This document shows, piece after piece, positions 35,344-49,665 of a stretch of 64,000 nucleotides of DNA (its first letter is position 1; every line of letters starts with the position of its first letter). The translations under genes were made by a program, and so were the position numbers. The DNA is from the human T2T-CHM13v2.0 reference genome, Homo sapiens. The notes under the pieces are model-generated. The model worked only from the letters and a program-made list of their open reading frames with translations, had not been told where the DNA came from and made no database searches. The DNA is taken from the NCBI RefSeq assembly GCF_009914755.1, contig NC_060948.1. One strand, given 5' to 3'.

Positions 35344-38300
35344 CATTCTCAAGGATGTGTGACTCTGTGTCTGTGTGTGTGTGTGTGTCTTTGTGTTTGT
35401 GTGTGTGTGTGTCTGTGTGTGTATGTTTATCCACTTTATTCGGGTGTCATAATGAATTGATCAATCCACGTGCTTTATTCTCTTCATGGAAATAACCAGT
35501 CTGCGTTGGAGCTGGGCCTCTAAAGTTGTAGAGTGAATGGGTGTGGGATGTTTTGGGATTCTTCCTACAGGACAGAGTGGGAGAGGTAAAAGCAAAAGAC
35601 AGCTTAGTTGGAGGCTGACTTCGTCCTATGGAAGCAGAGATAGTTCAAGGAAAGGGGTTACTGGGTTTCCAGGGCCCAGTTTGCTGGGACCTCCAAAATC
35701 CTTCATTTTGGGTATCATCATACACAGTAGCTAAGCACAGGATGATGGAAATCTTAAAGTTCGCTTTCGTGTTGAATCCACATGTTCTTTTAAAGGTGAA
35801 TGCATGATCCTTTTCTGGGACAATCAGCCTCTCAGGACTTCTGAAACATCAACGTGAGAAGAAATGGGCATGTAAGGTGTATGGAGGGACTGTGGGAAAG
35901 GTGACAGAGGCATGTGGGAAGGCATTCAGGATACGCTTTTGGCATAGATGACTAAGGGAAAACAGAAACTTACAGAAGTGAGGGGAAAGGGGGTGGATTA
36001 GTGGAATATAAGATTGTTGGAGAATCCATCCATGGACTCTCTTGTCACTTGATGACCCAGGATATGGACACTCTTGTTGATGTTTACATCTTTAGTTGTT
36101 TTAAGCTTTTCTCCAAGATTCTGTGTTAGGTGAGGAGCCAATAACGTATGTAGCTAACAACAGTACGAGTGCATTTTGTGCTCTTGCAAAGTCTAGTGAG
36201 GCTCTATTCTCCCTCGTGATTGGCACTGCAGATTGTATCTGGACCCAGGGCCCCTAAATTTTCTGTGGCCTCTTCAGCATAGTTTGCCTAAGGTTTAGAA
36301 CGTAAAGTGAATATAGTTGCGGAATATGTTTTGCAAGCCTCACACAGGAGGACAAAACATACAGCTTTCATTCGCGAGTGGGAGGCTGCTTCCCAGGAAC
36401 ACGTGTGTCTGCACAAGACAAGGGGTTGCCTCTGTCAAGGATGGGGCAGGAGGATTTCAGTGTCGGAGGCAGAACTTTCTTTCCTGTTCCCAGATGAAAC
36501 AGTTCCAACACGAGCATCCATGTTGACCACACGCTACTAGAGTGCTAACATTGCTGTCCCGTATAGACTCCAGTCAGCACAGCTTCTGTGAGAAGAGCTA
36601 TGTTGTTTCAGGGAAGAGGGTTTGACAGTCAAAGTTCCTGAATCTGTTGTGGTGCCTGCAATATGCATTCTACCCCTCCTGCTCGGTGTCAAAGCAGTTG
36701 AGCTTTGAAAATCTATCGCCCGGTTTTGTCCCTGCTCCTATGCAGACCTCTGAAGCTCTGGAGCGGGAGTCTTGTCCTCCTCTGACTACCGTCCCCCTGA
36801 CCCACAAACACAGGAGAAACAGGTGTTCTAAGCAAATTATTCTGAAAACAGTCGGAACCCTTTGGCCCCCTCAAGCTGCCCTGTATCCTACTGTGTGCAT
36901 GTCAAAGACACTGTGGTCCAGTACGGTATCCCTATAGCGGCAATGGGGCAACAGATTGGTGTGTGCACTCTGGGCAACTCAGATTAGGAAACGTCTGGGG
37001 ACTTGCCTATAACAAGGTCGTCTTAAAACGTGTTGCCCCAAATTTAAGGCATAGGAAAATGTTGAGGAAAGGGTCTTGCAATGATTTTTCTAGGAGGTAA
37101 ATAGATAAGAAAATGACCGTAAATAGATGCCAGGGCTAGTTTTGGAGCTAGCCTTTTTTAAAGTGGTGGTAGGGGAGGAGGTTTTTCCAAGGCAGGTAGC
37201 AAACCAGGAGCTGTCTACGATGGATGGGCGTGCCATGGGTTGGTGGCTCAGCCATATTGCCACCCCACGGAGTCGATGCAGCAGACTGGGCTTCTTCCTT
37301 GAATCCTACGTGCAATTCAGTCTAGTGATTTCACATGAGATCCCTTCTTCTGGTATTATCACAGATCGTGCTGAATTATACAGGCTGTGTAATGCTTCTT
37401 CCACTGAATATCCGTGCACGTGGGCCACAGATGCTAAGGGCACTGACAAATTTGCACCGTGCCTCAGTAACTCGGAAGCACATCTGTGATTTGTACCGAC
37501 AGGGACTTGGTGTCTTTTCGTGTTTAAAGTAGCACGTGTGTGTTTGTGGTTGCGTATGTTTATTTCTCTGTGCGGGTTTGTATATTTTCTCTGACTCCAC
37601 CTATGTCTCCGTGGTTCCGATATTTTTCCACACTCCCTGCGGCAATTTGCACATGCCTATCTCTACAACCATTGTAGACTTTGTATCTGTGTCTTTGAAC
37701 ATCTGTCACTCTCTCTCCCTTCCTTTTTTCTTTTCCTTCCTTTACACCCCTCCTTTCATCCTTCCCTTGCTTCCCCACCACACTCTCTCCATCTGTATCG
37801 TCTATGTTTCTATTCTCTATCTGGGTTTACTTTCTAATTCTGAATTCAAGGGCATTGAATTGAAAAGAAGCACTCTTCGTACTTTTATGTGTTTTAACTC
37901 ATTTGGGGAATTTGGCGTGGTATTATTTACAGGGTTCTCTCTGCCCTTTCTCATTGTTCTCCCCAGCCGGGGCTGTTATTATGTGAAAGCTGGTTTCCTT
38001 CATCACATCGCGTAGGCTCTAATGATGTTTCGTTTATTTTGATTCTCCTCACACTACATAGTTTTAATTTACCTAATGTGACTGTTTTTTTGTTTGTTTT
38101 CCGAGAATGGGTCTTACTCTGTCTTCTAGGTTGGACAGCAGCCCCACGATCTCAGCCCACTGCAGCCCAGGCACCACACACCCATGTGATCCTGTCAACT
38201 CAGACTCTCACACACCTGGCAGTACAGGTGCATGCCACCCCTCCAAGCTATGTATTAATTAACTAAATACTTACTTTTTGAATGTGGGTCCATGTTGCCC

Positions 38301-38766
38301 CAGGCTCATCTGGAACTCCTGAGTGCAGGCAATCCTCCCACCTCAGCTTATCAAAGTGCTGGGATGACAGGTGTGACCCATGGCCCTGCCATGGCTTTGT
38401 GTTTTTTGCTTTTTTCTTCCTCCTCCTCACGTCTTGTTTTGAAACATGCACTGAAGGTTTCAATTCATGGACTATAGCCTCTGTGCCTGGAATTTCTATC
38501 TTTCAACTCATCATCAGCATTCATTGGGATTTTCATATATATATATACCTATATAAGACTACCTATGTACACACATATATACGTATATACATGTATATAC
38601 GTATATATGCACATTTATATACGTATATACATGTATATACGTATATATATACATGTACACATATGTATTTATTTCTCAAGTTACGAAACGGCTTGCATTC
38701 TTTCCTGTGTCATGAAAAAGACTTTGCTAGAAAAGAAAAGCACTGCTTTATAATAAAATATTTTAT

Positions 38767-40533
38767 TTGCATTTATTTTGTTAAGGCATTTTAAAAATTG
38801 TATGTTTGTTTAAAAAATGTCATATGAAATGATACATATTTACAACTTAAGGCGTGATGTTCAACAGGTCATATACATTATGCATTGGATACATCCAGCC
38901 AATCAACATATGTGTGACCTCACATAGTTGTCATTTTTGTTGTGAAAAAACTTGACCTGCACTGTATTCGAATATTTTTAGAGAAAGAATATGTTACCAC
39001 TAGTTATAGTGAGCATGCTGAAGAAAATATTTTTAACCTATTCCTCCTTTATAACTAGAAGTATGAGTTCTTCATCCAGCATCTCGTCAGTGCACCCTCT
39101 TCACCGCAGTCATTGGAGTCACTACTTCTGTGAAGTCCGCTTTTTTGATTTCATATAAGAATGAGATCATGTGCTACTTTCCTTTCTGATACCTGGCTTA
39201 TGTCACTTAACAGAATGGCATGCACACATTCAGCAGATTCCCACACATTCTCACAACTGGCAGGATTTCCTGATTTCTTATTGCAGCGCATATTTACGTT
39301 GCGCATATGCGTTTTTGCCCCATTTTTTAATCCACTTATCAATGGAGGGACTCTCAGGTTGCTTCCGCATTTTGGCTACAGCAAAAATGTAATGAGTGCA
39401 GCAATAATTGCATGGGTGCGCGCACCGCTTCAACATACTGATCTGTGTACTGGCGGGCGTGCCCGGGTATTCTGATTTGCTGGATCATATAGTGGGTGGT
39501 TCTACTTGTAGATTTCTGAAGGCTGTTTATACTTAAATAAGAGCCATAAAGCTTCTTTAATGCCAGCACTAATTTACATTCTCCCCAAAAGTGAGCAGGG
39601 AATTCGTTTTCTCTGCCTCCTCACCAGAGATTAGGGTTTTCTTTTCTTTCTTTTTTTTTTTTTGTTTGTTTGTCTTTCGGATAATATGCATTCTGACTGA
39701 AGTGAGAAGAAATCTCATTGTGTTTTTGATTTGCATTTTCGTGATGGATTGGGGATAATGAGGAATTTTTAGTGTGTCTTCTGGGCAACTGTATGTCTCA
39801 GTTTCACAAATGAGTCTTCGCAGCCTTCGCCCATTTGTTTTCATGCTATTGAGTTGTTGGGAGTTCCTTATGTACTGTGACTATTCCCCCATGAACAGAT
39901 GTATGGTGATCCAATCATTGCTCCCATCCTGTAGGATGCCCCTTCTGTATGTTGAGTTTTCTATGGTGTGGTGAAGCACTTTAGTTTGATATGATTCCAT
40001 TCTCTATTTTTGATGGTGTTTACTGTGTTCTTGCAGTCACTTTGAGACCATCATTGCACACACGGACGCCATGGAGCTTCTTCCTTGTGATCTCTTCTGC
40101 TATTTTTATCGTTTCACATCTGACACTGGAGTTTGGTGATAAATAATCCACTTGTAAAATCCTTTGTGTGGCTATTCAGATTTCCCCAACCTAGTTTATA
40201 GAAGATACTTGATTTTGCATTGGGCATTCTTGCTTCTTTGGGAAAAGGCTGTGAGCTGCAAATGCAGTGACTTAGTTCTGGGCTCCTGTTGTTTTTCCTA
40301 AGCTCTAGTCTCTGCTTTTCTGCCAGTGCTATTGTATTTTGGTACAAAAAGTTTTGTAGTAGTATATCATGAAGTTAGGTAGTGTGGTGGCTCCAGCTTT
40401 GTGCTTTTTACTGGATTGCTCTGGGTTTTCAGGATCTTCTGCCATTTCATAGCAAATTTGGGATTCCCAGATTGTTTTTCTAAGAAGAATGTGTCATTGA
40501 TATTTTTACAGGGGTTGTATAGAATCTGAGGAT
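38767..40533 (-). mobile_element. L1 3' fragment, unit 2
   Basis: Copy of 18480-20245. Confidence 0.88.
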
Positions 40534-41251
40534 GACTCAGGTAGTAGTGATGTCAATGCCGTTTAGACAATGTGCGTGTTTGTGTGCACAAGCTCAGGGC
40601 CAAGAGACACTGGGTGTCCTCACCAATACTGAGGTGGGCCTTAATATCCAGCCAGATTGCCTTCTGGAAACACACGGAATGTCCTGTTCTGTTTTGCCAT
40701 CTCTTCACATTTCCTCCCCTGTGAGCCCTGTGTGGTCCTCCAGATTCCCTGTGCGGTGGCCTGCCTTTTTTGGGGTGGGGAGTTGCTGGGTGAATGAGGA
40801 TGGCGGAGGGAACCAAGTATGTCAGTGGAGCGTGGTGTCATCCAAACGGTACTTAGCAGGCCTGGGAGAGTCATTCTGGGAGGACGCAGACCTAGAGAGG
40901 CCTCAGGTGGGCATCTGTGTGGAGGGTGAGAGATCCCTGGTTGAGCCCAAACTGAACCCCAGGTAGAAGCAAGCCTCAGGACAGGGAAGTAGCTAGCAAG
41001 GGATGATGAGGGAGCTATCTCTTGACCCTGGCTTCCCACCCATTGACCTTAGCTACTTGTGCCTATTAAGCAGATTACGGTTCCCCCATCGTGAAATGTG
41101 GGTACCACAGTTCCCTGATGGGCATTTCTCCACCAGCCCATGATGGCCTGAGTTTCCTTACTGCAGTCTCCTCCCTGAGCCTTGGCTTCTCTATGTGTGT
41201 CCTAACTCCAGGACCCACAGGCCTGTCAACCCCCAGCCCTGGGCTGCTTCC

Positions 41252-42048
41252 CTGGCCTCTTCTCTGTTCCCTCTCTGAGGGCCTAACTCCCTTGGGTAGT
41301 GCTGCAGAATATAGAGCCACAGGCCCTGGCTGATGATCTGGTGGACTGGGCAAATTGGTCGTGACAGGTCAGGTTCTGGTTCAAAGCCAATTCCTCCGAT
41401 GCCAAGGAATGTCGAAGAAGGTCCTTTGCCATGATGCCCCATAGCTGCCCCACCTCAGCAATCGTGCCGTAACCTGGGCCCTCACAGTCAGACAACCAGC
41501 TGAAGAAGCTCAGGCAGTGACCTGCGGGAAACTCGGGCTTTCACCTGCATGACCCTAGAACCACTGGACTGCAGTGGAGCCAGTCGCCCTGTATCCTGGA
41601 GGGAGACGAGTCAGGAAGGCGCACGCCAGGCCCAGCTCCCGAGGTACTACCCCCTCTACTCCTCAGGGAGGATGCCAACGCAATACTCCTTAGTCATCAC
41701 TTTGTTTCCGAAGTAAATGTTGTGATGAAAGGCAAACTTCTTCCTACCCCTTGTATTCAGGGTGGCCGAGTTCCTCCACCTGCCTGTCCAAGAAGGAGAA
41801 ACAGGGCTGTGAAGGGGCAATTTCATCTAGGTGGGCTGAGGTGGCATTCTAGCCGGGGTGAAGCATGCGTTTCCCCTTCCCAGCTTTCCCGCTGAGACAC
41901 ACCTGAGCCCCAGAAGGACCTCAACCTGACCAGGACCTTAGCACCCTCCCCCAGACCCAGGCTTTCCATCCTGACCTGCAAATCCAACATGCAGCTTTGA
42001 AGGACTTTCTCATGGTTTCTGAGCTCCTTGCTCTCACCAGAAAGAATC
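41252..42048 (-). pseudogene. Truncated TSPY-like relic, unit 3
   Basis: Copy of 688-1485. Confidence 0.85.
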
Positions 42049-44819
42049 AGAACTTTTAAAGTGTTCTTTATGCCAACTTAAATTTTTCATTTTTACTACC
42101 TCATGTTTTGGATGAGGCATGTATTTTTAAATTTATTTTCACCCTTATTGTACCTCTATGATAAACTGCTTGCTTACATTCATACCGTAATTATCTCTCA
42201 GGTTACTTGTCTGTTCCTAAAGATTCACTGAAACGAAGAATTCTATATATGCTTGTATCTTTCAGCAACCGTATGTCAGATAACACTGCACATTACTGCA
42301 GACATCGCATATACAGGTCCAAAGGTAGAGGAAGAAGAAGAAAGCAAGCGTTAAACTCTATTCATTCCTAAAAGCATATCAGAAACTCACAAATAACAGT
42401 GAAATCAAAGAATGATCACAGCCAATTCCATTACATACCTAGACTGAAATACGAAACTTCAAAGAAAAGAAACATTAGAACTTTGGGTTTGTAAAAATTT
42501 TCCTATATAGATAAAATTATTGGTAACTGTGTCTCACTAGAAAACGTAAACAAAAATCCATGTTTTTCATATTTGTAAATATACATAGTTTTATTTCCAT
42601 CAGTTATGACATGCAAGCAAGTAATAAAGTGAAAGTACAATCAAATGATATATGGAACTTCCTCAGTCTTAAAATATTCCATGGAGACTATCAATTTTAT
42701 GAAAACTATAAAGAATGCTTCATGAAACTACATTGTACAGTGCCATTTACTATTTTACTGACATTTTAAATAATCAACAATTAAAGGGAATACGTCAACA
42801 TTATTTAATACCAATAACGTTATTTTTCTTGAGTAATCCTGTTGAAATTAAGGATTTTAAATAAAACATTAAAAACAAATTATATTGACTGATTTCAGCT
42901 TTGGATGAAATCATACTTGTGTATTTGTAGTAATGCGAAGCATAACTTTCTCCTCACAATTAATCTTTTATAACATCGGTGTTATAGTTTTCTCTGACAC
43001 CAACATTGTGATATCGCACAGGTTTACTGCATGCATGCATTACATGCCTCCAGAGAGTAGGCTTCAAATATATGGAAAAATTATATTTATGAAAAAATTC
43101 TAGGAAAGGGAATGGTGAAATGGAAGAGAATTTCTCACTTGCTAACTGTTGGACATGGATTTGTATATATTTGGATATAGACACATACTGGCACACTGTG
43201 AGTTTGCCCATGTATATATACACTTATATGAGAAACCCATAATATATGGGTTGTGTAATCTTTTAATTAATCCATAATTGTATGTGTGTGAAATTAGATA
43301 AGCGGTTACCTTTTCTTTACTCAATTTGATGGAAAGCCAAAAAACTCTGTCCACCTTCATTTCAATTAATCCAATACTGTTAACTGCTGGTAGCTTCATT
43401 CTCCTTGTTCTCTTACGGCAACCGGAAAGTTAATTCTCGCTCTAATTTGGCTTTCAAGGTGCGATCAACAAGAGTGTCACCTTGCTGTGGATTGTGACCT
43501 CTGACTCCACCTCTGTCTTCCTTTTGCAGTCCTACCTTTGCATAGGTAACAAACTTTGTACATGGTTAAAAGGATAAAAGTTCAGTGAAATGTCAAGCCA
43601 TGCTGTGAAATGTTCCATAGTTTCTATATCTCTAATTGTCCTTTGATGTTATAGAGGCAAGAAAAATAATTCAATGTTTTTCTTAGTATCTAGTCCAATG
43701 CACTCTTTCTTCATAATACTGCAAACAAGGCACTGACATGGAAACGTGGCTGGACGTCTCAAAATCTCTTCTCATTAATTACCATTATGTTAATCACTGT
43801 TGCCCACAACTGGAATTGGACTTTGAAATCCCCTGGTGGAAATTGCTATAATGGCTCAAACTACTGGAAAGACTATCTTTTTTTACCTGAAAATATCTGA
43901 TGAGCATAGACGTATGCTATATACAGGAAGATATTGTACATTAACAACATACCATCACTGCCACTCAATAATAGGTATCCCAAACCTTTGAGCCAAACTG
44001 AGCTCAGGTGCTCCCACAAACCAAGCTTTTCCCTCCACAGATTTCTTATGTCAAAAAGCCACAACTCCAGGCCAGGCTTCGTGGCTCTTGTTGTAATTTC
44101 TACATTTTGGGAGGCCGAGGTTGGTGGGTCAGTTGAGGTCAGGAGTTGGAGACTAGCATGGGCAACATGGCAAAAAGCTGTCTCTACCAAAAATACAAAA
44201 ATTAGCCAGACCTAGTGGCACTTTCCTGTGGTCCCAGCTACTTGGGAGGCTGAGGTAGGAGAACCACCTGAACATGGGTGGCAGAGATTGTATAGTAAGC
44301 CAAGATCAGACTACTGCACTCCAGCCTGGATGACACAGCGAGACCATGAAAAAAAAAATAAAGGCAACTCCACTCGTCCACTGGCTTAGGTAAAAAATAC
44401 TGGAGTTGGCTGGGCTCGGTGGCTCACACCTGTATTCCCAGCACTTTGGATTTTGGGAAGCTGAGTCGGGCGGGTCACCTGAGATCTGTAGTAGGAGAGC
44501 AGCCTGGCCAACATGGTGAAGCCTGGCTTCTACTAAAAATACAAAACATTAGCTGAGCGTGGTGATGCATGCTTGTAATCCCAGCTACTGCAGAGGCTGA
44601 ACCTGGGAGGCGGAGGATGTGTTGAGCTGAGATCCTGCCACTGCGCTCCAGCCTGGTCTACAGAGCGAGAGTACCCTGTGAGAAACAAAGGTGAAGAGAA
44701 CAAGAAAAAAAAATGAGAAAAATAAGACCCACTGCAAAAGGTTGCCACAGAAAAGATTAAACATTTCAGCAACTTCTATCTTCTATCATGGAAGCCAAGG
44801 TTATTTGGACCAAACCTCC

Positions 44820-45172
44820 TGTCTTAGTTCATTTTCACGCTGCTGAAGAAGAGATACCTGAAACTGGGAATAAAAGGAGGTTTAATTGGACTGACAGTTC
44901 CACATGGCTGTGGAGGCCTCAGAATCATGGTATACGAATAAAGGCACTTCTTACATGGCAATGCCAAGAGAGAATGAGGAAGAACCTGAGGCAGAAACCC
45001 CTGAAAAACCCATCAGATCCCGTGAGACTTCTTCACTGTCACAAGAATAGCATGAGAAAGACCGACCCCCATGATTCAATTACCTCCCCCTGGGTCCCAC
45101 CCGCAACACGAGGGAATTCTGGGAGATACAATTGAAGCTGAGATTTGAATGGAGACACACCAAACCATGTCA
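44820..45172 (-). mobile_element. THE1 solo LTR, unit 3
   Basis: Copy of 4272-4624. Confidence 0.9.
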
Positions 45173-48100
45173 CTTCCCAAACAATTAAAAATTCCCAATA
45201 GAAGAAGCATTAATTATATCAAAAAGTGGTGGACCAAGAAGGAACTATTAGCCTCATATCTCAAGAAAGACTCCAGTCAAGGCCTAGGGACTACTCATGA
45301 AAAGAGTTTAATAGCCGACTCTCTCCCAGTGGATCTGGATTCCACCGGACTGTATCTTCACAGTAAGGGTGAAACAGAAGCAAACCCATTCCTATTTCCA
45401 AGCTCAAGGAACTTTGGTCAAAGTTCTCTTGGAGCTGAGCAGAAGAAGGAGGCAAACAGAAAAGATTTGTGTCCCTGAGAAGTCATGGCCACAGGCTGGC
45501 TATCACACAGATTGTCAAGCCAGTTCCATATTGCATGGGTATTACAGAAAATCTCAAAACATAAATTTGTGTGTGGGTTGTCCCAGAGTAGCAGGATCTG
45601 GCAGAAGGAAATTTCCTTCTAACCCTCAAAGAATCCACATAAATCTTGTTACATTTGGGATTTTACGATTTGCTTCAGGAATGAGAATGGCCTTAATTTT
45701 CATATCTTTTTCTACACTCAGTTTATGGCTTGTTGGCGTCAAAGTTCTGCTTGCTTCACACAATGAGTTTAGGATTTTCCCTTTTTTATTCTATAGAATT
45801 CTTCATATATATTGAAATGCTCTGCCTGGGGAAAAAAATCTGAGCCTAGCGTTTTATCTCTAGGAAGAATCCTTTATTTCCTTGAACATTTATGAGACTA
45901 TACAGATTATATATGTCTTCTTGTATCAATTTTACTAAGCTATATACATAGCTTATGTTTATATATTATATATATAAATGTAAGATACAAATATAAAAAT
46001 TATGTATAAATATGAAAATATATATAGAAAGCGATATATATGTCTATATATATAGACAGATTATAAATATCTGTCTATTTGATCTAAGTTTTCAAATTTG
46101 TAGGTTAAGGTGTTAACGATATTTCCTTATTAGCTTCTTAATCTATGCTGTATCTATGGTTGTGTACCTTTTAAATTCTTAGTTTTATCTATGTTTTCTC
46201 CCTTTTTTTCTAAACTTGACTGACGGTTGCATCATTTATTATATTTCTCCAACAAGCAAAGGTTAGCTTTGTATGTTTTACTAATTTTGTCTACATCATT
46301 ATTCCCACACTTTAGTTTTTCAGAATTGATTCTGTTGTTTCTTTTCTAATTCTTTATTGAAATATCTAGTACATTAATTTTCAAGTTATTAGAGAAATAT
46401 TTGTCTGTAAACTCCTATTGTAATATCACTTTTCTTGCTACTCACAGATTTAATCTTTAATATTGGCGGTATCATTGAGTTCTAAGTACATTTCAATTCC
46501 TAGTATGATAATCTATGAATTGCTGAGAAATAGTGTTTACAATTTTGTTGTTCTATTTCCACTTAAGTTTATTTTTACTTCTGCTAACTCAATTGAAAAT
46601 TCTTTACTAATTTTTAAAATCCTTGAACCCAAGAGATGGAGGTTGCAGTGAGCTGAGATCAGGCCACTGCATTCCAGACTGAGTGACAGAGTGGAACGAG
46701 ATTTCAAAACAAAACAAAACAAAACAAAACAAAACAGTCACTGGAAAGATAATAAAATACATAAATGTGGGATGTAATATGTAATCGTGATAAAATAAAC
46801 TGGATTTTTTGTGTAAGTTATACATATAAATGTAATGCCAAGACACTGATAAGACAACTCATGGTCTTATCTCAATACTTAGTGTCTTCATGTAACATAT
46901 GTCCTTTAGGATAGTTATAGTCCGTTTTCTTTCCAGGAGAGACAGATGAGAATGCAGAAATGTTAAAGTGCAAGGGACGGAAGCTTCCAGCTGTGCCCAC
47001 CTGTAACCTGACGTAGACAGTTCCACCGTTTGCTTCATTAATCATGCCAAAGGCTCTAATGCAAATGTGGTACAGAGTCACATGTTTTTGTATCTACATG
47101 ATAGAAACTATAACTTCATCCCTATATAGAAGGGTATATAGCATATGCCTCAGTGATAAATATAAGTGAATCATTGATCAGTAGGAAACCATTTTAAAAG
47201 TCTTTCATAACAGAACAAAATCCCTGAAAACATTTTCTTCTCAATCTCTGAGTTTTCTTACACGGCTTATGAATCTCTAGCCATACTAAAGAGATAGTAT
47301 GCTGCTCTTCCCACAAATTATTCATTGTATATAATTCCTGTAATCTAATAACAGTACCTTTACACCTCAGGGTTTAAAATGACTCCAACCTTTTTCTGTT
47401 TCTCCAATTAAAATAACTTTTTTAAGGTTTAATCTTCAGTAATTTTTTGTAGTAATATTTTTGAAGGTATTTGACCAGGATGATTTGCTTATATACCTAC
47501 CTGACGTCTCCCTTTCTTCTGAATACATATTTTATTACCCACCTATTAGATCTAAGTTTAAGAAGTTGGAATAGGGATTTAAATCTAAATTCTACATTTG
47601 AATTTACAGGAGTCAGCGAGTCCGGGAAGTGCCTTTATGCACAGACCAATATCTGGCAATGGCACTAGGAGACAAATAAGCTTTACCAGTCTCAAAGCCC
47701 TGGCTACTACAGTGAATCCACCCTTCTCCTGGATCTTATCTACTTCAGCAAAAGAAGGCCACCCACTAAACCAGGCCCTTGTACTTTGGGTGGAAACTCC
47801 TAAGTCCTCTAGTCTCCTCAAACAGACAGCCAGGCTGCCAATTTCCACAATAATAATTTCTATAGCACTGAGTCTTTGGTAGCCTTGTAACTATAGCTAC
47901 TGATGCTACAGTCTGGTCCCTGTATGATAAAACACCAGAGCAACAGAAACAAAAATATTGACTGAAGCCTTCTAAAATCTCTCTAAATATACCTTCAATA
48001 AATATCGTTTTTTTTACAGAACGACTGCTTTCAGCTTCCTGAACTAACGCTTGGCCTTCGCTAGTTGTCACTGTTGAAATTGATTCAAAAGTGTACATTT

Positions 48101-48394
48101 AACATGAAAGTCAACACAGAATTTCATGTGTCAGCAACTAAAATTTTCAAAATGTTGCAAAATACAAATGTGAAACTGTATTTGTGAAATTTACCATTCA
48201 TTGAAATTATATTTTCATACCTACCCAGGCACAGAATTTTTTATAACTGTCTGCATGTTCTCCTCATGTGGGGGAAAAGCAGCATCAGCAGGCAGAGGAA
48301 TCCTTTGAAGCTGGAGGGAGAGGTTGCAGTGATCTGAGAGTTTGCCACTTGACTGCAGCCTGGATGACACAGTGAGACTCCAACTGAAAAGAAA

Positions 48395-48429
<35 letters not shown>

Positions 48430-48494
48430 CCAAAATTGATAAGTAAAAAAAAAATCCATATTCGAAAACATGCTCACAGGCTATCTCCCATATC

Positions 48495-48535
<41 letters not shown>

Positions 48536-49665
48536 TCCTTGAAAACGAAAGTTCCACAAGGGCAAAACAAGAAAACAAATTTAACACCCCCCAAAGAAAG
48601 TACAAAGAGTAACCTCAAAAGAACCGCAGGGGAAAACAATTCAAAATTTACAAGTATCTACCCTAAAAGAAGCTGAAAGTCCCTCAAAAACTTTCCAGAG
48701 GCCATGTCCTTGTATTACAAAAATGATCATAAAAACTGGCAGGAGTAGACGAATAGAAATGCATCTTAAAACTTGCTAAACCCTTCAAGTCTCCCATAAG
48801 AATTGTAATGGAAAATGGATCGGTCGGCAGCTTTTTCCATACAATTATGAACAAATTATATTTCTTCATACATAGATTTGTTTTTTCAATATTCTAAGGA
48901 ATTAACTTTTATATTAATAGTAGGTGATGTAAGAAAGCAGGCCTTTATCAAGATAACTGACACTGGATGTCCATACCATTACTCAGGTGGGCCTTAATTC
49001 CCAGCCGGGTTCCCTCCCTGGACACACACTGAAGGTCCCCAGCCATTTGGCAATCTCTTCACATTCCCAGCCCTGGAGGTAGCCCTAAAATACATGTACC
49101 TGAAGAAAATAAAACATTGCCTCACACTGGAGCCCAGTGTGGTCCTCCAGATTCCGTGTGAGGTGGACTAACTTATATGGGAAGGCAGGGCAGCGGGAGT
49201 GAGGATGGCAGAGAGGATTACACATGTCAAGGCAGCCGGGGTCATGGAAACAAAACATGACTGGCCTGGGAGAAACACTGTGAAAGGACACAGACCTAGG
49301 TGGGCCTCAGGTGGACATCCTCGTGGAGAAAAAGGGGGCCCTGGTTGATCTCAAAATGAGCCCCAGGTGGTAGCAGGTCTTACCGCAGGGCAGGGAGCTG
49401 GCGAGTAATGATGAGACAGCTATCCCTTAAGCCCTGCTTGTCACCCACTGACTTTAGCCACATATGCATCATAGTGGCTTAAGGTGCCCCGATCCTGAAA
49501 TGTGGGTGTTACATGTCCCTGATGGGCCTCTCTCCCCCAACCCACGGATTGCCTGGGATTGCTCACTGCAGTCTCCTCCCGGATCCTTGGGTTCTCCATG
49601 TGGGGCCCAGATCCAGGTCAAAAGGCCTCTCAGTTCCCAGCCCTTCCCAGCCCTAGGCTGCTCGC

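Larger units (their letters stand above)
20277..40564. repeat. TSPY array tandem unit 2 (20288 bp)
   Basis: Near-identical direct copy of unit 1. Confidence 0.98.
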
